Numbered from the stretch's first letter, positions 44,376 to 54,424 are shown. The stretch: DNA of 64,000 nt from an uncultured delta proteobacterium (GCA_963754925.1 CAVWHX010000007.1:160001-224000), one strand, 5' to 3'. Notes: generated by a model not told the origin, from the letters alone. Numbers and translations are program-made.

Positions 44376-45128
44376 TCATGCCGCCCGCAATGCCTGATCC
44401 AAAAAGGCGGCGACGCGATCGAGGAGCTGCTCGCGGATGTCCGGCTGCGAAAATTGATGGTCGGCGCCGGGAATAACGATCAGTTCGGCCCTCCCGGCGG
44501 AAGCTTGGGAAAGCGCCTGGGCATCGCTCACCGGGACGACCTCGTCCTTACTACCATGGATGATGCGCCAGGGGCACGAGATCCGCTTCGCCGCGCCACC
44601 TAAATCAATCCGGAGAGCATCTTCGACCAACGCATAGCCGATGATATGGCCTTCTATGCGCAGCTTCCCGCGTCGCTTCCAGGAGTTCATCCCCTTCTCC
44701 CTCACTATCCTGGCCGGCATTTCTTCAGGTCGCCCCACCGCAGCCATGGTTACCAACGCCGCCAGGCTCTCACGGGCCGCCACCAACATAGCAACCGTCC
44801 CGCCCATACTTGAACCCACCAATGCAAGTCGAGACACTCCTCGTCCACGTATGAAATCGATGGCAGCCCGGCACTCATCCACTTGACGGCTGAAGGTCAA
44901 ACCCAGAAGGTCGCCAGGGCTCTCACCCCGTCCCTGAAAATCGAACCGCAACACGGCATGTCCGAGTTTCACAATCCGCTGGGCCAAACCAACATGTTTC
45001 GGTCCGTCCCTGGTCGACATCATCCCATGACAGGTAACCACACCGGTTGACACCTGCTGTTCCGGGAGCTGCAGCGTGCCGATCAAGGTCACCCCCCCCG
45101 GAGTCTGGAATTGTACCCGCTCTTCCAT
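44376..45128 (-). CDS. Alpha/beta hydrolase
   Basis: HG, GSSMGG, HG..DEVVP, GADH. Confidence 0.88.
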   Translation of the reverse strand: MEERVQFQTPGGVTLIGTLQLPEQQVSTGVVTCHGMMSTRDGPKHVGLAQRIVKLGHAVLRFDFQGRGESPGDLLGLTFSRQVDECRAAIDFIRGRGVSRLALVGSSMGGTVAMLVAARESLAALVTMAAVGRPEEMPARIVREKGMNSWKRRGKLRIEGHIIGYALVEDALRIDLGGAAKRISCPWRIIHGSKDEVVPVSDAQALSQASAGRAELIVIPGADHQFSQPDIREQLLDRVAAFLDQALRAA

Positions 45129-45282
45129 TGCATCTCCCTGACAGAAACCGCCCGAATAATGTAGCCCAAGGTCTTAGGCTGTTTGATGTGTATCTGTCAA
45201 GGGTAACTATCGCTTATGGACAAGTAGTGCTTGACTTGTACGAGGGTCTATTCTAATTTCCGCCTCCGGAATAGCCTGCCGC

Positions 45283-45366
45283 GCCGAAGTGGCGGAACTG
45301 GTAGACGCGCTAGATTCAGGGTCTAGTGGGTGCAAGCCTGTGCAGGTTCGAGTCCTGTCTTCGGCA
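45283..45366 (+). tRNA. tRNA-Leu(CAG), no encoded CCA
   Basis: GCCGAAGTGGCGGAACTGGTAGACGCG-CTAGA-TT CAG GG-TCTAG, long variable arm, GGTTCGAGTCC, CTTCGGC-A. Confidence 0.95.
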
Positions 45367-45378
45367 GTTGGTTTTACT

Positions 45379-45411
45379 GGACTTCTCCTTAACCGGAGAG
45401 GTCCATTTTTT
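45379..45411 (+). terminator. tRNA-Leu intrinsic terminator
   Basis: GGACTTCTCC-TTAACC-GGAGAGGTCC followed by ATTTTTT; duplicated at 54311-54343. Confidence 0.75.
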
Positions 45412-45421
45412 CGTCTCAGAT

Positions 45422-45663
45422 CCTGTCATTCGCCAAAAATCATCTATATCGAAAATAGAGCATCTTTCATCTCGCCTGTACTATTCTCCTCCACATTGAA
45501 ATCTTGCCAGATAGTTCCGCTCGCACCACTCTACCGCCATGAACCCATTTAATCCTCAAGCTCATCTTTTCCGCCATCCAGGATGGTGAGTTTGCCAGGT
45601 TACGCTTAATCTGGTTCGGTTGACTTGTTTTTTCTCTTGGAATTTGTTTTGACGAGAGGGAGG
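45422..45663 (+). mobile_element. MITE family 1 (~240 bp), copy A
   Basis: Starts CCTGTCATTCGCCAAA; first ~160 bp align with IS 1494-1655; right end degenerate. Confidence 0.75.
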
Positions 45664-45959
45664 TAGCTATTATCCAGTATAGCTGAAAACCTTTCATATA
45701 TTAACCATCTGTTATTTCATAGTATTACTAATATTGTTGTAAAAATGAAACCAAAATGCTTCATTAGTCCGGAAAATCTAACCAAAGCATTAAAGATATT
45801 ATGCTTTAGTTACGGAATGTTACGTAACATGAGATAAACGCCATTTTGGCGTTGATTTTGCATAATATTTACAATTGGAGCTGTTTCTGTGAGATTTGTT
45901 ATCTTTCTTGCGTATGTAATCCAGAATGTCCGGATGTTATACCACGCAGGGAGCCTCAC

Positions 45960-47744
45960 ATGGACAAAACACGCAGGCAACACGTCGTGACCTTCCCTCG
46001 GGTAATGCTGATAGGACTGATTGTGTTTAACGTCGCTTGTATGAGCGGCCAAATAAACTCCGGCTCCGGCTCTACGTGCTCGGCATCTACTCCGTCGGCC
46101 TGCGCGGCCTGCGCCCAGGGAGCAGTGACGACGGGCTGCCTCTGCGGCGGTACGTACGAGAATACCGGCCATTGCTGCGCGGACGCTTGGCAAGCCGACG
46201 CGTGCACGGTGTCGACATGCACTCCCACGACCTGCACGGCCGAAGGCAAAAACTGCGGTAAGATTTTGGATGGCTGCGGCGGAACATTAGATTGCGGTAG
46301 CGCGTGTCCAACGGGGCAAACATGCGGAGGCAGCAGCACGGCAAATGTGTGTGCGCCGGGAGTTTGTACGCCCACAACCTGCGCAGCCCAAGGAAAAAAT
46401 TGTGGCGGCATCAGTGATGGCTGCAGCTCTACGCTCAATTGCGGCACTTGCGCGAGCGGAACCTGCAATGCCTCCCATCAGTGTTCCGTCTGCACACCGA
46501 ACCCGAGCTGTGGCTCGGCAACGTGTGGCGCGGATAGTTGCGGCGCGGCGTGCGGAAGCAACAACGGCAAATGTCTCTTCAATGAGTCGTGCAGCACGAC
46601 GGACGGTACACCGGGAACCTGCCAAAGCCAGGGCCCACTCCCCACTGCCGGAAACCCCGACGGCTCATGCACCAGTCTGACGTTACCCGCACTGGCGCAA
46701 CTCATTGATACCTCCAACCCCACCACGGTCATCGGTACGGGTACGGCGGCTAGCTGTACCTTTGCCAAGTTGGCGAGCGCCGTTGCCACCGGCGGCATCA
46801 TCACCTTTAACTGCGGCAATGCGCCGGTGACTATTCCGATCACCGCCACTCTCACACCACCGATATCCAGTTCAAATGACCAGCCCACAAACACCGTCAT
46901 TGACGGCGGAAACAAGATCGCGCTCGATGGCGGCGGTGCCGTGCAAATTCTTTCGTTTGTTCACGAAAACAATTGGCAGAATAACAACGATTCACTCACG
47001 TTGCAGCACATTGTTTTAGCAAACGGCAAGGCCACCGGAACCGATGTCATTCCAGCGTGCACCCAAACGCCGAACACCGACTGTTCGACGGGATACGATG
47101 ACGGCCAAGGTGGGGCTCTCAACATGAGGGACGGTCAGCTCCGGGTCATTGACGCCACCTTCTTCAATAACCAGGCGGCCCTGCTCGGGCCCGACACCGG
47201 TGGCGGCGCCATCTATATTCAAGGGACCGCCCATCTGGTGTATATTGTGAGCAGCACCTTCCAGAACAATACGGCCAGCAACGCCGGAGCCATCGGAATG
47301 CTGTGGGCCGGCGCCTACATCTACAACAGCCTCTTCGACGGGAACAGCGCGGTTGGCCAAGGCGCAAACAACGACGACGCCAGCAAATGTGCGTGCATCA
47401 ACAACGGCCAGAACCAGGTCGGTTCGGGCGGAAATGGTGGGGCCATCTACAAAGACGGCGGCGACGGCCAAAACGTAACCATCTGCGGGACCCAGATCCG
47501 CAACAACTCCGCCAACGAATTCGGCGCTGCGGTCTTCCTCACCGCCGACGGCTCCGACGCCAAGCTCGTCATCTACGATTCCCTCATGAAAAACAACGCG
47601 AGCCCCATACCTTATTGGCAGTGGTGTGTGGGTGTCTCCACCGACAACCCTCACACATCCGGCTCTACCTCTTGTTCCCCTTCTCCGGTCAATTCGAGTT
47701 TTTGCGATGCGAACGGAACTTGCACCTCCTCTTGCACGCAGTGA
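45960..47744 (+). CDS. Cys-rich secreted/lipoprotein with a C-terminal beta-helix (GGAIY repeats)
   Basis: CTPTTC...KNCG...DGC repeats; GGAL/GGAI motifs; ATG behind GGAG. Confidence 0.7.
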   Translation: MDKTRRQHVVTFPRVMLIGLIVFNVACMSGQINSGSGSTCSASTPSACAACAQGAVTTGCLCGGTYENTGHCCADAWQADACTVSTCTPTTCTAEGKNCGKILDGCGGTLDCGSACPTGQTCGGSSTANVCAPGVCTPTTCAAQGKNCGGISDGCSSTLNCGTCASGTCNASHQCSVCTPNPSCGSATCGADSCGAACGSNNGKCLFNESCSTTDGTPGTCQSQGPLPTAGNPDGSCTSLTLPALAQLIDTSNPTTVIGTGTAASCTFAKLASAVATGGIITFNCGNAPVTIPITATLTPPISSSNDQPTNTVIDGGNKIALDGGGAVQILSFVHENNWQNNNDSLTLQHIVLANGKATGTDVIPACTQTPNTDCSTGYDDGQGGALNMRDGQLRVIDATFFNNQAALLGPDTGGGAIYIQGTAHLVYIVSSTFQNNTASNAGAIGMLWAGAYIYNSLFDGNSAVGQGANNDDASKCACINNGQNQVGSGGNGGAIYKDGGDGQNVTICGTQIRNNSANEFGAAVFLTADGSDAKLVIYDSLMKNNASPIPYWQWCVGVSTDNPHTSGSTSCSPSPVNSSFCDANGTCTSSCTQ

Positions 47745-47935
47745 GGCTGCAGCTGAAGAAGGGCTGGGAACATGCTGATGTTATTTTTTCATTGCAAGGA
47801 TAACTGAACTCAAAGTAATTTTGAACCAACATCGAAGATCATTCATGGGAAAAATCTGGACTTGTGGAGCGCGTTGCGCCTGTTCTTTTATCACGGCGCT
47901 CATTCTTAATCTTGTTGCTAAGGAGGTAAACAACC

Positions 47936-49010
47936 ATGAAAGCCCGTTTTGCCACGTTCTTCTTTCTCGGTGTCCTCGTAATGTTGCCATTTCTCCTCGG
48001 AGCCAATGAAAAAAGCTGCGCGCTAGTTTGCACCAACGGCCAGACGCAGTGCAGCGGCAACGAAGTCCAGACCTGTCAGAACAGCGCCTGGGTTAACACT
48101 ACAGACTGTTCAGCCTCTGGCGACACCTGCCAAAACGGTCAGTGTGTTGTCGGATGTCAGACGGCGGCTAACTGCACCGGGCCGCTGCCTCAAGTCTGTC
48201 AGGTATGCACCGATGGCAGTGACGGTTGTGCGCATTGGGCATGCGTAGCCGGTAAATGTGAAATAACGTATTGCACGTGCGAACCAACCCCGTGTCCGCA
48301 GGACGAGGTTTGGGATTCAGCCCAATGCAAGTGCGGCCCAATTTGCAGCAATGGCACAATCGGCACCGGTATGTGTTGTCTTTCGGCTGGGGATTTTCCA
48401 AATACCTGCCCAGTCACGCCGTGCGTGTGTCCGGCGGGCGAGGTCTGCAATTGTCCAGCTATAATTGAAGCCTGCGGGTGTTCCTCTGATAGCAGCCACG
48501 AGGTAAAAGTATGCACTTGCCCGAACAAACATGTGCTTCGACGGCACTAAGTGCGTCATCCCGGCGGTCTGCGCCGACGGCCAGGTCCAGTGCAGCGGTA
48601 ACGAAGTTCAAACCTGCCTGAATGGGGCTTGGGTCAACACTACCGACTGCTCGGCTTCTGGAGATACCTGCCAAAACGGTACGTGTGTTGTCGGATGTCA
48701 GACAGCGGCTAACTGCACTGGACCGCTGCCGGATCTGTGCATGGTATGCCCTGGTGGCGGTAGCGGCTGTGCCCACTGGACATGTTCAAGCGACAAATGC
48801 ACAATAGCGTATTGTTCGTGCACACCGCTTCCCTGTCCGCTGGGAGCTACCTGGGATTCCGTCCAGTGCGCTTGCTTGCCGGGTTGTACAACGCCAGCTG
48901 ATTGTAAGGGAGCGCTGCCGCAACTTTGCATGCTCTGCAGCGATGGCATCTCCGGCTGCGCGCACTTTATATGCACTGCCGGCACCTGTCAGATAGCATA
49001 CTGCCCATAA
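47936..49010 (+). CDS. Cys-rich secreted repeat protein, frameshift near 48530
   Basis: Signal peptide; module QCSGNEVQTC...WVNTTDCSASGDTCQNG.CVVGCQTAANCTGPLP present twice. Confidence 0.7.
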
Positions 49011-49065
49011 GCGTTTTTACCCTAAGAGGTCTTTTCAGTAAACGTAAAACACAACCCACCATTTT

Positions 49066-49116
49066 AGAGCCCGTTACGACCGTAAGAGAGTTACGGGCTC
49101 TTATCCCCGAAGGGGG
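49066..49116. repeat. Hairpin module related to the inserts nested in the 37.6-kb and 40.7-kb repeats
   Basis: GAGCCCGTTA...GTTACGGGCTC-TTATCCCCGAAGGGG versus GAGACTGTTA...GTTACAGTCTC-TTATCCCTTTAGGG. Confidence 0.55.
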
Positions 49117-49187
49117 TGCCCTACAATCGCTTCGGAGGGCGCAGGCCTGGGTTCTGGGCACTCCCCCTTATCAATGTCAGTTGTTGG

Positions 49188-49685
49188 TCATACTGGGGCA
49201 CTGGGGGAAACAAAGGGAATCTCTCGTGTTAGATAAGAATTGTAATTTTCCGATCGGGGTTGGTATTCTTCTTCCATAAGCGGCGAAGAAATCAGAAAGT
49301 CGGCGGTCGCGCGGTTACAAGCTATAGGTATGTTGTAAACGACGGCGATGCGCAGCAACGCTTTGACGTCGACGTCATGGGGATGCGGTTCCAGGGGATC
49401 CCAAAAGAAGATAACGAAGTCGATTTTGCCTTCGGCAATCAAGCCACCAAGCTGTTGATCTCCGCCAAGCGGCCCGGATTTAAGCTTTGTTATTTCGAAC
49501 GCGCCGACATCAACTCCGTCCTCCTGGGCCTTACGGACAATGGTAGCCTTAACAAGTTGAGCAGTAGTTCCGGTGCAAGTAAGCTGATGCTTCATGAGCG
49601 CCTTGTAGTTCCACTCCACCCACTCAAAAAGATCTTTCCTGCGGTTATCATGAGCCACTAACGCTAGTCGTTTCAACTTCTCCAT
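49188..49685 (-). CDS. mgsA: Methylglyoxal synthase
   Basis: ALVAHD, TGTT, SGPLGGDQQ, FFWDP..P.PHDVDVKALLR, CN.ATAD. Confidence 0.95.
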   Translation of the reverse strand: MEKLKRLALVAHDNRRKDLFEWVEWNYKALMKHQLTCTGTTAQLVKATIVRKAQEDGVDVGAFEITKLKSGPLGGDQQLGGLIAEGKIDFVIFFWDPLEPHPHDVDVKALLRIAVVYNIPIACNRATADFLISSPLMEEEYQPRSENYNSYLTREIPFVSPSAPV

Positions 49686-49878
49686 GATCTGGCACCTCCT
49701 TTAGTTCGCTTACTGCTTTCCGCAGTTTATTTAGAACTATCGAGGCTGCCATATTATTCACGCGATGATGGGTGAAATACGAAATGTATCGAAGAGTTTG
49801 CTTGATTGTCACCGTAAGGGAATTATAGTTTTTTTCACGAAACGTAACATGAAGCACATTCTGATGCCGCCGAGATTC

Positions 49879-50123
49879 CCTGTCGTTCGCCAAAAGTCCT
49901 CATTACTGATAAATAAGTATTTTTATGCTGCCCGCATTATACCCTCCTCCACATCGAAATCTTGCCGGGTAGCTTCGCTCGCCCTGTTATGTCGCCATGA
50001 GACCTATTTTCAGTCCTCAATCTCATCTTTTCCAACATCCAGGATTGTGAGTTCACCACGTTACGCTTAATGTGGTTTGGTTGACTTGTTCTTTACCTCG
50101 GATTTGGGTTGGGGAGGGACAAG
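49879..50123 (+). mobile_element. MITE family 1, copy B
   Basis: CCTGTCGTTCGCCAAAA...TATGTCGCCATG...TTGGGGAGGGACAAG. Confidence 0.75.
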
Positions 50124-50145
50124 GAGCCGTTAGGAAGAGCATAAA

Positions 50146-50472
50146 CTATTTCAATTTTGAATATGCTTGATCACATACTTTCCCATTGGCGTCAAAGTCG
50201 ACCACCAAAGCATGTGATTCAGTAACCGTACCGAACCCAACAGCTTTTGCGTAGGTATATGTCCAGCGTTCTACACAACCTTTGGGATTATTTGTCAGAG
50301 TAGTTTTTTGCATCGGTTCGCCGAACCAATCCATGATTGTTTGTTTGTCTTGAACGTTAACCTGAATATCATTCACATGGGTTGTGTTGAATTGCCTTCC
50401 AGAAGAAGCACAGCCGAACAATAAAACGCCAACTGCAAACAAGGTAATACTGGTAGCTATTTTCCTAACCAT
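50146..50472 (-). CDS. BamE/SmpA-like small lipoprotein
   Basis: Lipobox LFGC, FGEP, WTY, LVVDFDANGKV; ATG behind AGGAG. Confidence 0.7.
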   Translation of the reverse strand: MVRKIATSITLFAVGVLLFGCASSGRQFNTTHVNDIQVNVQDKQTIMDWFGEPMQKTTLTNNPKGCVERWTYTYAKAVGFGTVTESHALVVDFDANGKVCDQAYSKLK

Positions 50473-50631
50473 TTGGATCATTCTCCTTGTTGTACATGAA
50501 ACGTTATTAATAGAAGGGTTGTTTAAGCGCATAAGGTATTGTAGTGCCTCCTTTCCCAAGGCACAAGTAGCAGGGCAACATTAAGGTTCCTGTGAGGACA
50601 GTTCAATTAATCGTAGCTTGCAATCTATGTG

Positions 50632-50866
50632 CTGTCATTCTCCAAATATCATCCTTATTAAAACCATAGCATTTTTCCTGTCACCTGCACTACCCTCCTC
50701 CACCTTGAAATCTTGCCAGATAGTCCGCTCGCACCTCTCTTTCGCCATGATATATTCAGCATTCAAGCTTATCTTTTCCGACATACAGGATTGTGAGTTT
50801 AGCAATTTACGCTTACCGTGGTTTTGTTGGGTTGTTTTTTCTCGGATTTGGGTTGGCGATGGGACA
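50632..50866 (+). mobile_element. MITE family 1, copy C
   Basis: CTGTCATTCTCCAAA...GAAATCTTGCCAGATAG...TTGGCGATGGGACA. Confidence 0.75.
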
Positions 50867-51649
50867 ATGGTTAGGCTGTATCTTTATAAATATAAATCCA
50901 AGATCGTAGCTCTCTTTCGTCCTGAGATAGCCGTTACGATTATCCCACTCGCCAAGTTCCAGATCACGACCTAGTAAGTCAAGACCAGCTTGAACCTCGG
51001 AGTGATCGGCCATAGCAAAACCCGACATTCCTCTCCGCGCCATAGGGTCAAGATAAACCTCGGGCCTATTCCACCCGGCATGCATATTAAGATCAGAAAG
51101 ATCGTAGGGCAGCGGAAAACCCCGGACCGTTGCGGTCGCATCGTGTGTCCTGGTGAACGCGGATATGAGTTCCTCGACAGGGACGAACGCTTCAAATAAC
51201 CGGCCATAGACGCCCGGGAAATATTCCCTGAACCAAAATGGCTCTCCCCTTCTGGGGTCAATCGTAAACAAGACGATGGGGCCGTTATCGCATACACGCC
51301 GCATTTCGGCTGCGGCGGCGTGTAGATCAGGGAAATGGTGGACTGCGAGAGTTGAAATGAGGCCGTCGGCCGAGGCGTCCGGTAGGGGGATAGACTCGGC
51401 AGATTCAGCCAACCATTCAACATTGAGGCTGGGCACGGACTGCTTTCGCATGGCCTCTGATGGTTCGACAGCCTTTAACTGGTAACCCGATGCTGCAAGA
51501 GCGTTACTGTAGTTACCAGTGCCCGCTCCAACGTCAACAATAACTGCTCCTTCAGGTAATCCAAGCAACTCCTTCAGCACTGAGACAATTCGAGCATCGG
51601 CATTCCGATATGAATTGTACTTTATTCCGATGGCGTCGTACCGAGTCAA
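50813..51649 (-). CDS. Class I SAM-dependent methyltransferase, integron-cassette gene
   Basis: VDVGAGTG; TTG start behind AAGGA just after attC 51671-51735; C-terminus runs into MITE copy C. Confidence 0.85.
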   Translation of the reverse strand: MTRYDAIGIKYNSYRNADARIVSVLKELLGLPEGAVIVDVGAGTGNYSNALAASGYQLKAVEPSEAMRKQSVPSLNVEWLAESAESIPLPDASADGLISTLAVHHFPDLHAAAAEMRRVCDNGPIVLFTIDPRRGEPFWFREYFPGVYGRLFEAFVPVEELISAFTRTHDATATVRGFPLPYDLSDLNMHAGWNRPEVYLDPMARRGMSGFAMADHSEVQAGLDLLGRDLELGEWDNRNGYLRTKESYDLGFIFIKIQPNHCPIANPNPRKNNPTKPR

Positions 51650-51670
51650 TGCAGTTTCCTTCGCGTCAGA

Positions 51671-51735
51671 GCCTAACGTAACGTTAAGGGGCTTCCTCGC
51701 TGTTACGGCAGTCCCGCTTGAACGACGGGTTGGCC
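51671..51735 (-). other. Integron attC site (65 bp)
   Basis: Minus strand GGCCAAC-CCGTC-GTTCAAGCGGGACTGCC...GGAAGCCCCTTAAC-GTTAC-GTTAGGC, 3 nt after the stop of 51739-52269. Confidence 0.85.
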
Positions 51736-51738
51736 AAT

Positions 51739-52269
51739 TCATAAACCTGCGGCCCAGCTCTGACATTGAGTTGAATCGGTCTTGTCACATTTGTCAATTG
51801 CAAGGCCACGTTCAAGATCGTACAGCTCGAAGATGCACCCGCCATGGGTAGGACCTTTACCGAAAGCTACTTTCTTCCCGTTCTCCCAAAATTTCCAACT
51901 CCAAATAGTTTGCTCCGTTGTGATAACTTTTTTATTATGAAACTTTTGGTACACCACAATCTCCGCTCTGTATTCTTCAAGAACTTCCCCTTTTTCGTCT
52001 TCAACTGTCGCTCGATGCACCCAACCTACAACTTGATGGGCTATATCGATTTTTAGGTCCTCGCATCGACCATCGCGAGTCATTTGGACGTCCTTTCCCG
52101 ATCTTTCAATGAAGTGAACGTTCTCTTTTGAATCAATGTACGCCTTTTCAATTTGTTCTGATTCGCGTAATTGTGTGCGATCTGATGACGATTGTGCCCA
52201 GGCTTGATCCGCAAAGTGGTCTTGGACTAAAAATAACAGTAACGGCAAAAACAAATATCGTTTCATCAA
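51739..52269 (-). CDS. Hypothetical exported protein, complete gene cassette
   Basis: Signal peptide; bounded by attC sites on both sides; RBS AAGGAG and no room for a promoter. Confidence 0.75.
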   Translation of the reverse strand: MMKRYLFLPLLLFLVQDHFADQAWAQSSSDRTQLRESEQIEKAYIDSKENVHFIERSGKDVQMTRDGRCEDLKIDIAHQVVGWVHRATVEDEKGEVLEEYRAEIVVYQKFHNKKVITTEQTIWSWKFWENGKKVAFGKGPTHGGCIFELYDLERGLAIDKCDKTDSTQCQSWAAGL

Positions 52270-52280
52270 AACTCCTTCAG

Positions 52281-52336
52281 GCCCAACGATAAAATCAGCG
52301 GGGAAATTTATCCTCCGCTGGATTACCTTGTTGGGC
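52281..52336 (-). other. Integron attC site (56 bp)
   Basis: Minus strand GCCCAAC-AAGGT-AATCCAGCGGAG...CCCCGCTGATT-TTATC-GTTGGGC with an extrahelical C in the left L box. Confidence 0.85.
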
Positions 52337-52443
52337 AGTTATTATATGGTCTTACGCTGATTGTCTGTCAACATCTCAAGAGTGCCCGTTCATTCCTTTT
52401 TAGAAGGCTTTACCGTTATTTGAAAACTATAAAGATTCAACTC

Positions 52444-52507
52444 TACGCTTTACCGTGGTTGGGTTGACTTGTTTTTTTCTCTCGGATTTGTCTTGCTAAG
52501 AGACAGG
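52444..52507 (+). mobile_element. MITE family 1, right-end fragment
   Basis: TACGCTTTACCGTGGTTGGGTTGACTTGTTTTTTTCTCTCGGATTTG...GAGACAGG. Confidence 0.65.
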
Positions 52508-52514
52508 TGAGGCA

Positions 52515-52800
52515 ATGAACCTGCTACCGGACGAAAGCGATCTTGTCGGGCAGTGGATTCTTGATGGCACAAGAATCCGAGCTGACGAGGTGTGTAAGCG
52601 AATCGAGTACCTCACTCGTCATGTTCTGAAGCGACTTGCGGTAAGCAGAGACTACGGGGCTTGGGAAACGCTGCTTTCGAGATCCAACCGATGGAAGACT
52701 TTGGGAGCGAACATACCCGCAGGGCCACATGCACGGCGGCGGGCCACCGCGGCTCTGGGCGATCTCAGAACAAGATGCTCGAGGGAAATACGACTTCTGA
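52515..52800 (+). CDS. Imm27-like immunity protein, frameshift near 52675
   Basis: Corrected frame: ...RIEYL....L..LA...GAWETLFRDPTDGRLWERTYPQGHMHGGGPPRL. Confidence 0.75.
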
Positions 52801-52919
52801 GATCTATTCAGTCCTCATGCTTATCTTTTTAAACATCCGGGATTGGGAGTTCATCAATTTACGATTATCGTGGTTTGGCTGACTTGTTTTTTATCTTGGA
52901 TTTGAGGTGGAGAGGGACA
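52798..52919 (+). mobile_element. MITE family 1, right half
   Basis: TGAGATCTATTCAGTCCTC...CATCCGGGATTGGGAGTTC...TGGAGAGGGACA. Confidence 0.7.
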
Positions 52920-53047
52920 ACTCTATTATGCCATCGGCGACGATGCTAATTCGGATGCAAGCTGCTGCAAGAGCCGCATTTTATGGGCCCTCAAACAACG
53001 CAGGTATTGAAATAATATTGGTTAAATTAAGATTCAAATTTTTGATT

Positions 53048-54034
53048 TCAAGGCATGTTTACGTAGACGGAATAGGCATCCACATCTAACGGCCCATCGG
53101 TGAGCGCTGTAGCAATTCCATTCTTCCAGACCTTGGCAACACTATTGTTATAACCACCCATATCCTTTCCATCTTCCTCAGATCCCGAGACATAAACATC
53201 GCTGCCGGAGACAAAAATGGAATTGACATTCACATTCATCCCAGCGATGAGCGCTGTTGCTATTCCGTTTTCCCAGACCTTGCCAATAAAATATGTTCCA
53301 TTGGATTCATATCCTGCGGCATAAACATTGCTCCCGGTTACGAAAACGGAATTGGCCTGCGCATAATGTGTCCCATCGGTGAGCGTCGCAGCCGTTCCGT
53401 TTTTCCAGACCGTGGCAATATTTGTTCCAATGTCTTCATATCCCGCGACATAGACGTCTCCATAGGACAATTTGAAATTCGCCTGGATTGTGGCATTATC
53501 TCCAACGAGAACGACTGTGGTTCTTGCATTGTTCACATCAGTGATATTGACTCCGGTGCCCCCTGAAACGACAGTCCAGTTAGCAAAAATGTAGCCGGTG
53601 GTCGGCGCGGCAGTGATGGTGGTGGCATATCCGGATTTTACCACTATTGTATTCGACAGTGGTTCGGTAATAGTGCCTCCATCTCCCGCATTCACGGTAA
53701 GTTGATAGGTTGGCAGGAAGTTCGCCTGGATTGTTGCGTCACCTCCGAAGACGGCAACCGTCGTACTTGCGTCGTTCGCATTAGCGAAAGTCACCGTGCC
53801 AGTAGGAACAGTCCAATTCGCAAAGCCGTAACCGATGTTCGGTGTGGCGGTGATGGTCGTGGCCTCTAAAGGTTTTACTTTTATAGGGCTCGATGTCGGT
53901 ACAGTGATAGTGACGTTACTGCCGGCGGTTATGGTGAGCTGATAGTGTGTCTCACTACTCCCACCGCACCCATGCAAGACCCAGGCATTAACAAGTGCCA
54001 GCAATAGTAAAGGCATTATCGAAACGGGCCTCAT
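53048..54034 (-). CDS. Lipoprotein with two InlB B-repeat-like domains and short propeller repeats
   Basis: LHGC lipobox; YQLT...TTITA.P..GY.FANWT...ATIQANF twice; VYVAG.E.....A.VWKNG three times. Confidence 0.7.
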   Translation of the reverse strand: MRPVSIMPLLLLALVNAWVLHGCGGSSETHYQLTITAGSNVTITVPTSSPIKVKPLEATTITATPNIGYGFANWTVPTGTVTFANANDASTTVAVFGGDATIQANFLPTYQLTVNAGDGGTITEPLSNTIVVKSGYATTITAAPTTGYIFANWTVVSGGTGVNITDVNNARTTVVLVGDNATIQANFKLSYGDVYVAGYEDIGTNIATVWKNGTAATLTDGTHYAQANSVFVTGSNVYAAGYESNGTYFIGKVWENGIATALIAGMNVNVNSIFVSGSDVYVSGSEEDGKDMGGYNNSVAKVWKNGIATALTDGPLDVDAYSVYVNMP

Positions 54035-54052
54035 ACTTGACCTCTTTTCGTG

Positions 54053-54109
54053 ACCTAACTTTTTTATGTTGCTGTAAATTGTTGTGCGGTTTTTATCACA
54101 ACGTTAGGT
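54053..54109 (-). other. Degenerate attC-like site
   Basis: ACCTAAC...GTTAGGT, 57 bp, 18 nt before the ATG of 53048-54034; inner pairing weak. Confidence 0.4.
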
Positions 54110-54243
54110 CGAACTTCAAGTGAAATATAGATGAGGTCTGAAGCATCAACTTTCCCCAACGCAACATATTATAATTGCTACCGTTCTGCCAACGCTGGGG
54201 AAAGTTGTTTGATGCAAGTGTTTGAAAACATTCAACTCACATA

Positions 54244-54424
54244 AGATTCAGGGTCTAGTGGGTGCAAGCCTGTGCAGGTTCGAGTCCTGTCTTCGGCAGT
54301 TGGTTTTACGGGACTTCTCCTTAACCGGAGAGGTCCATTTTTTCGTCTCAGATCCTGTCATTCGCCAAAAATCATCTATATCGAAAATAGAGCATCTTTC
54401 ATCTCGCCTGTACTATTCTCCTCC
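54244..54424 (+). repeat. 181-bp direct repeat of 45312-45492 (3' part of tRNA-Leu, terminator and MITE start); attR-like
   Basis: One mismatch (45378 T / 54310 G); starts in the anticodon stem. Confidence 0.9.

Noticed and set aside
45289..45552. Similar short ORFs at 45289, 54272, 50618 and 59856 as a gene family
   Set aside because: They are translations of tRNA-Leu and MITE sequence.
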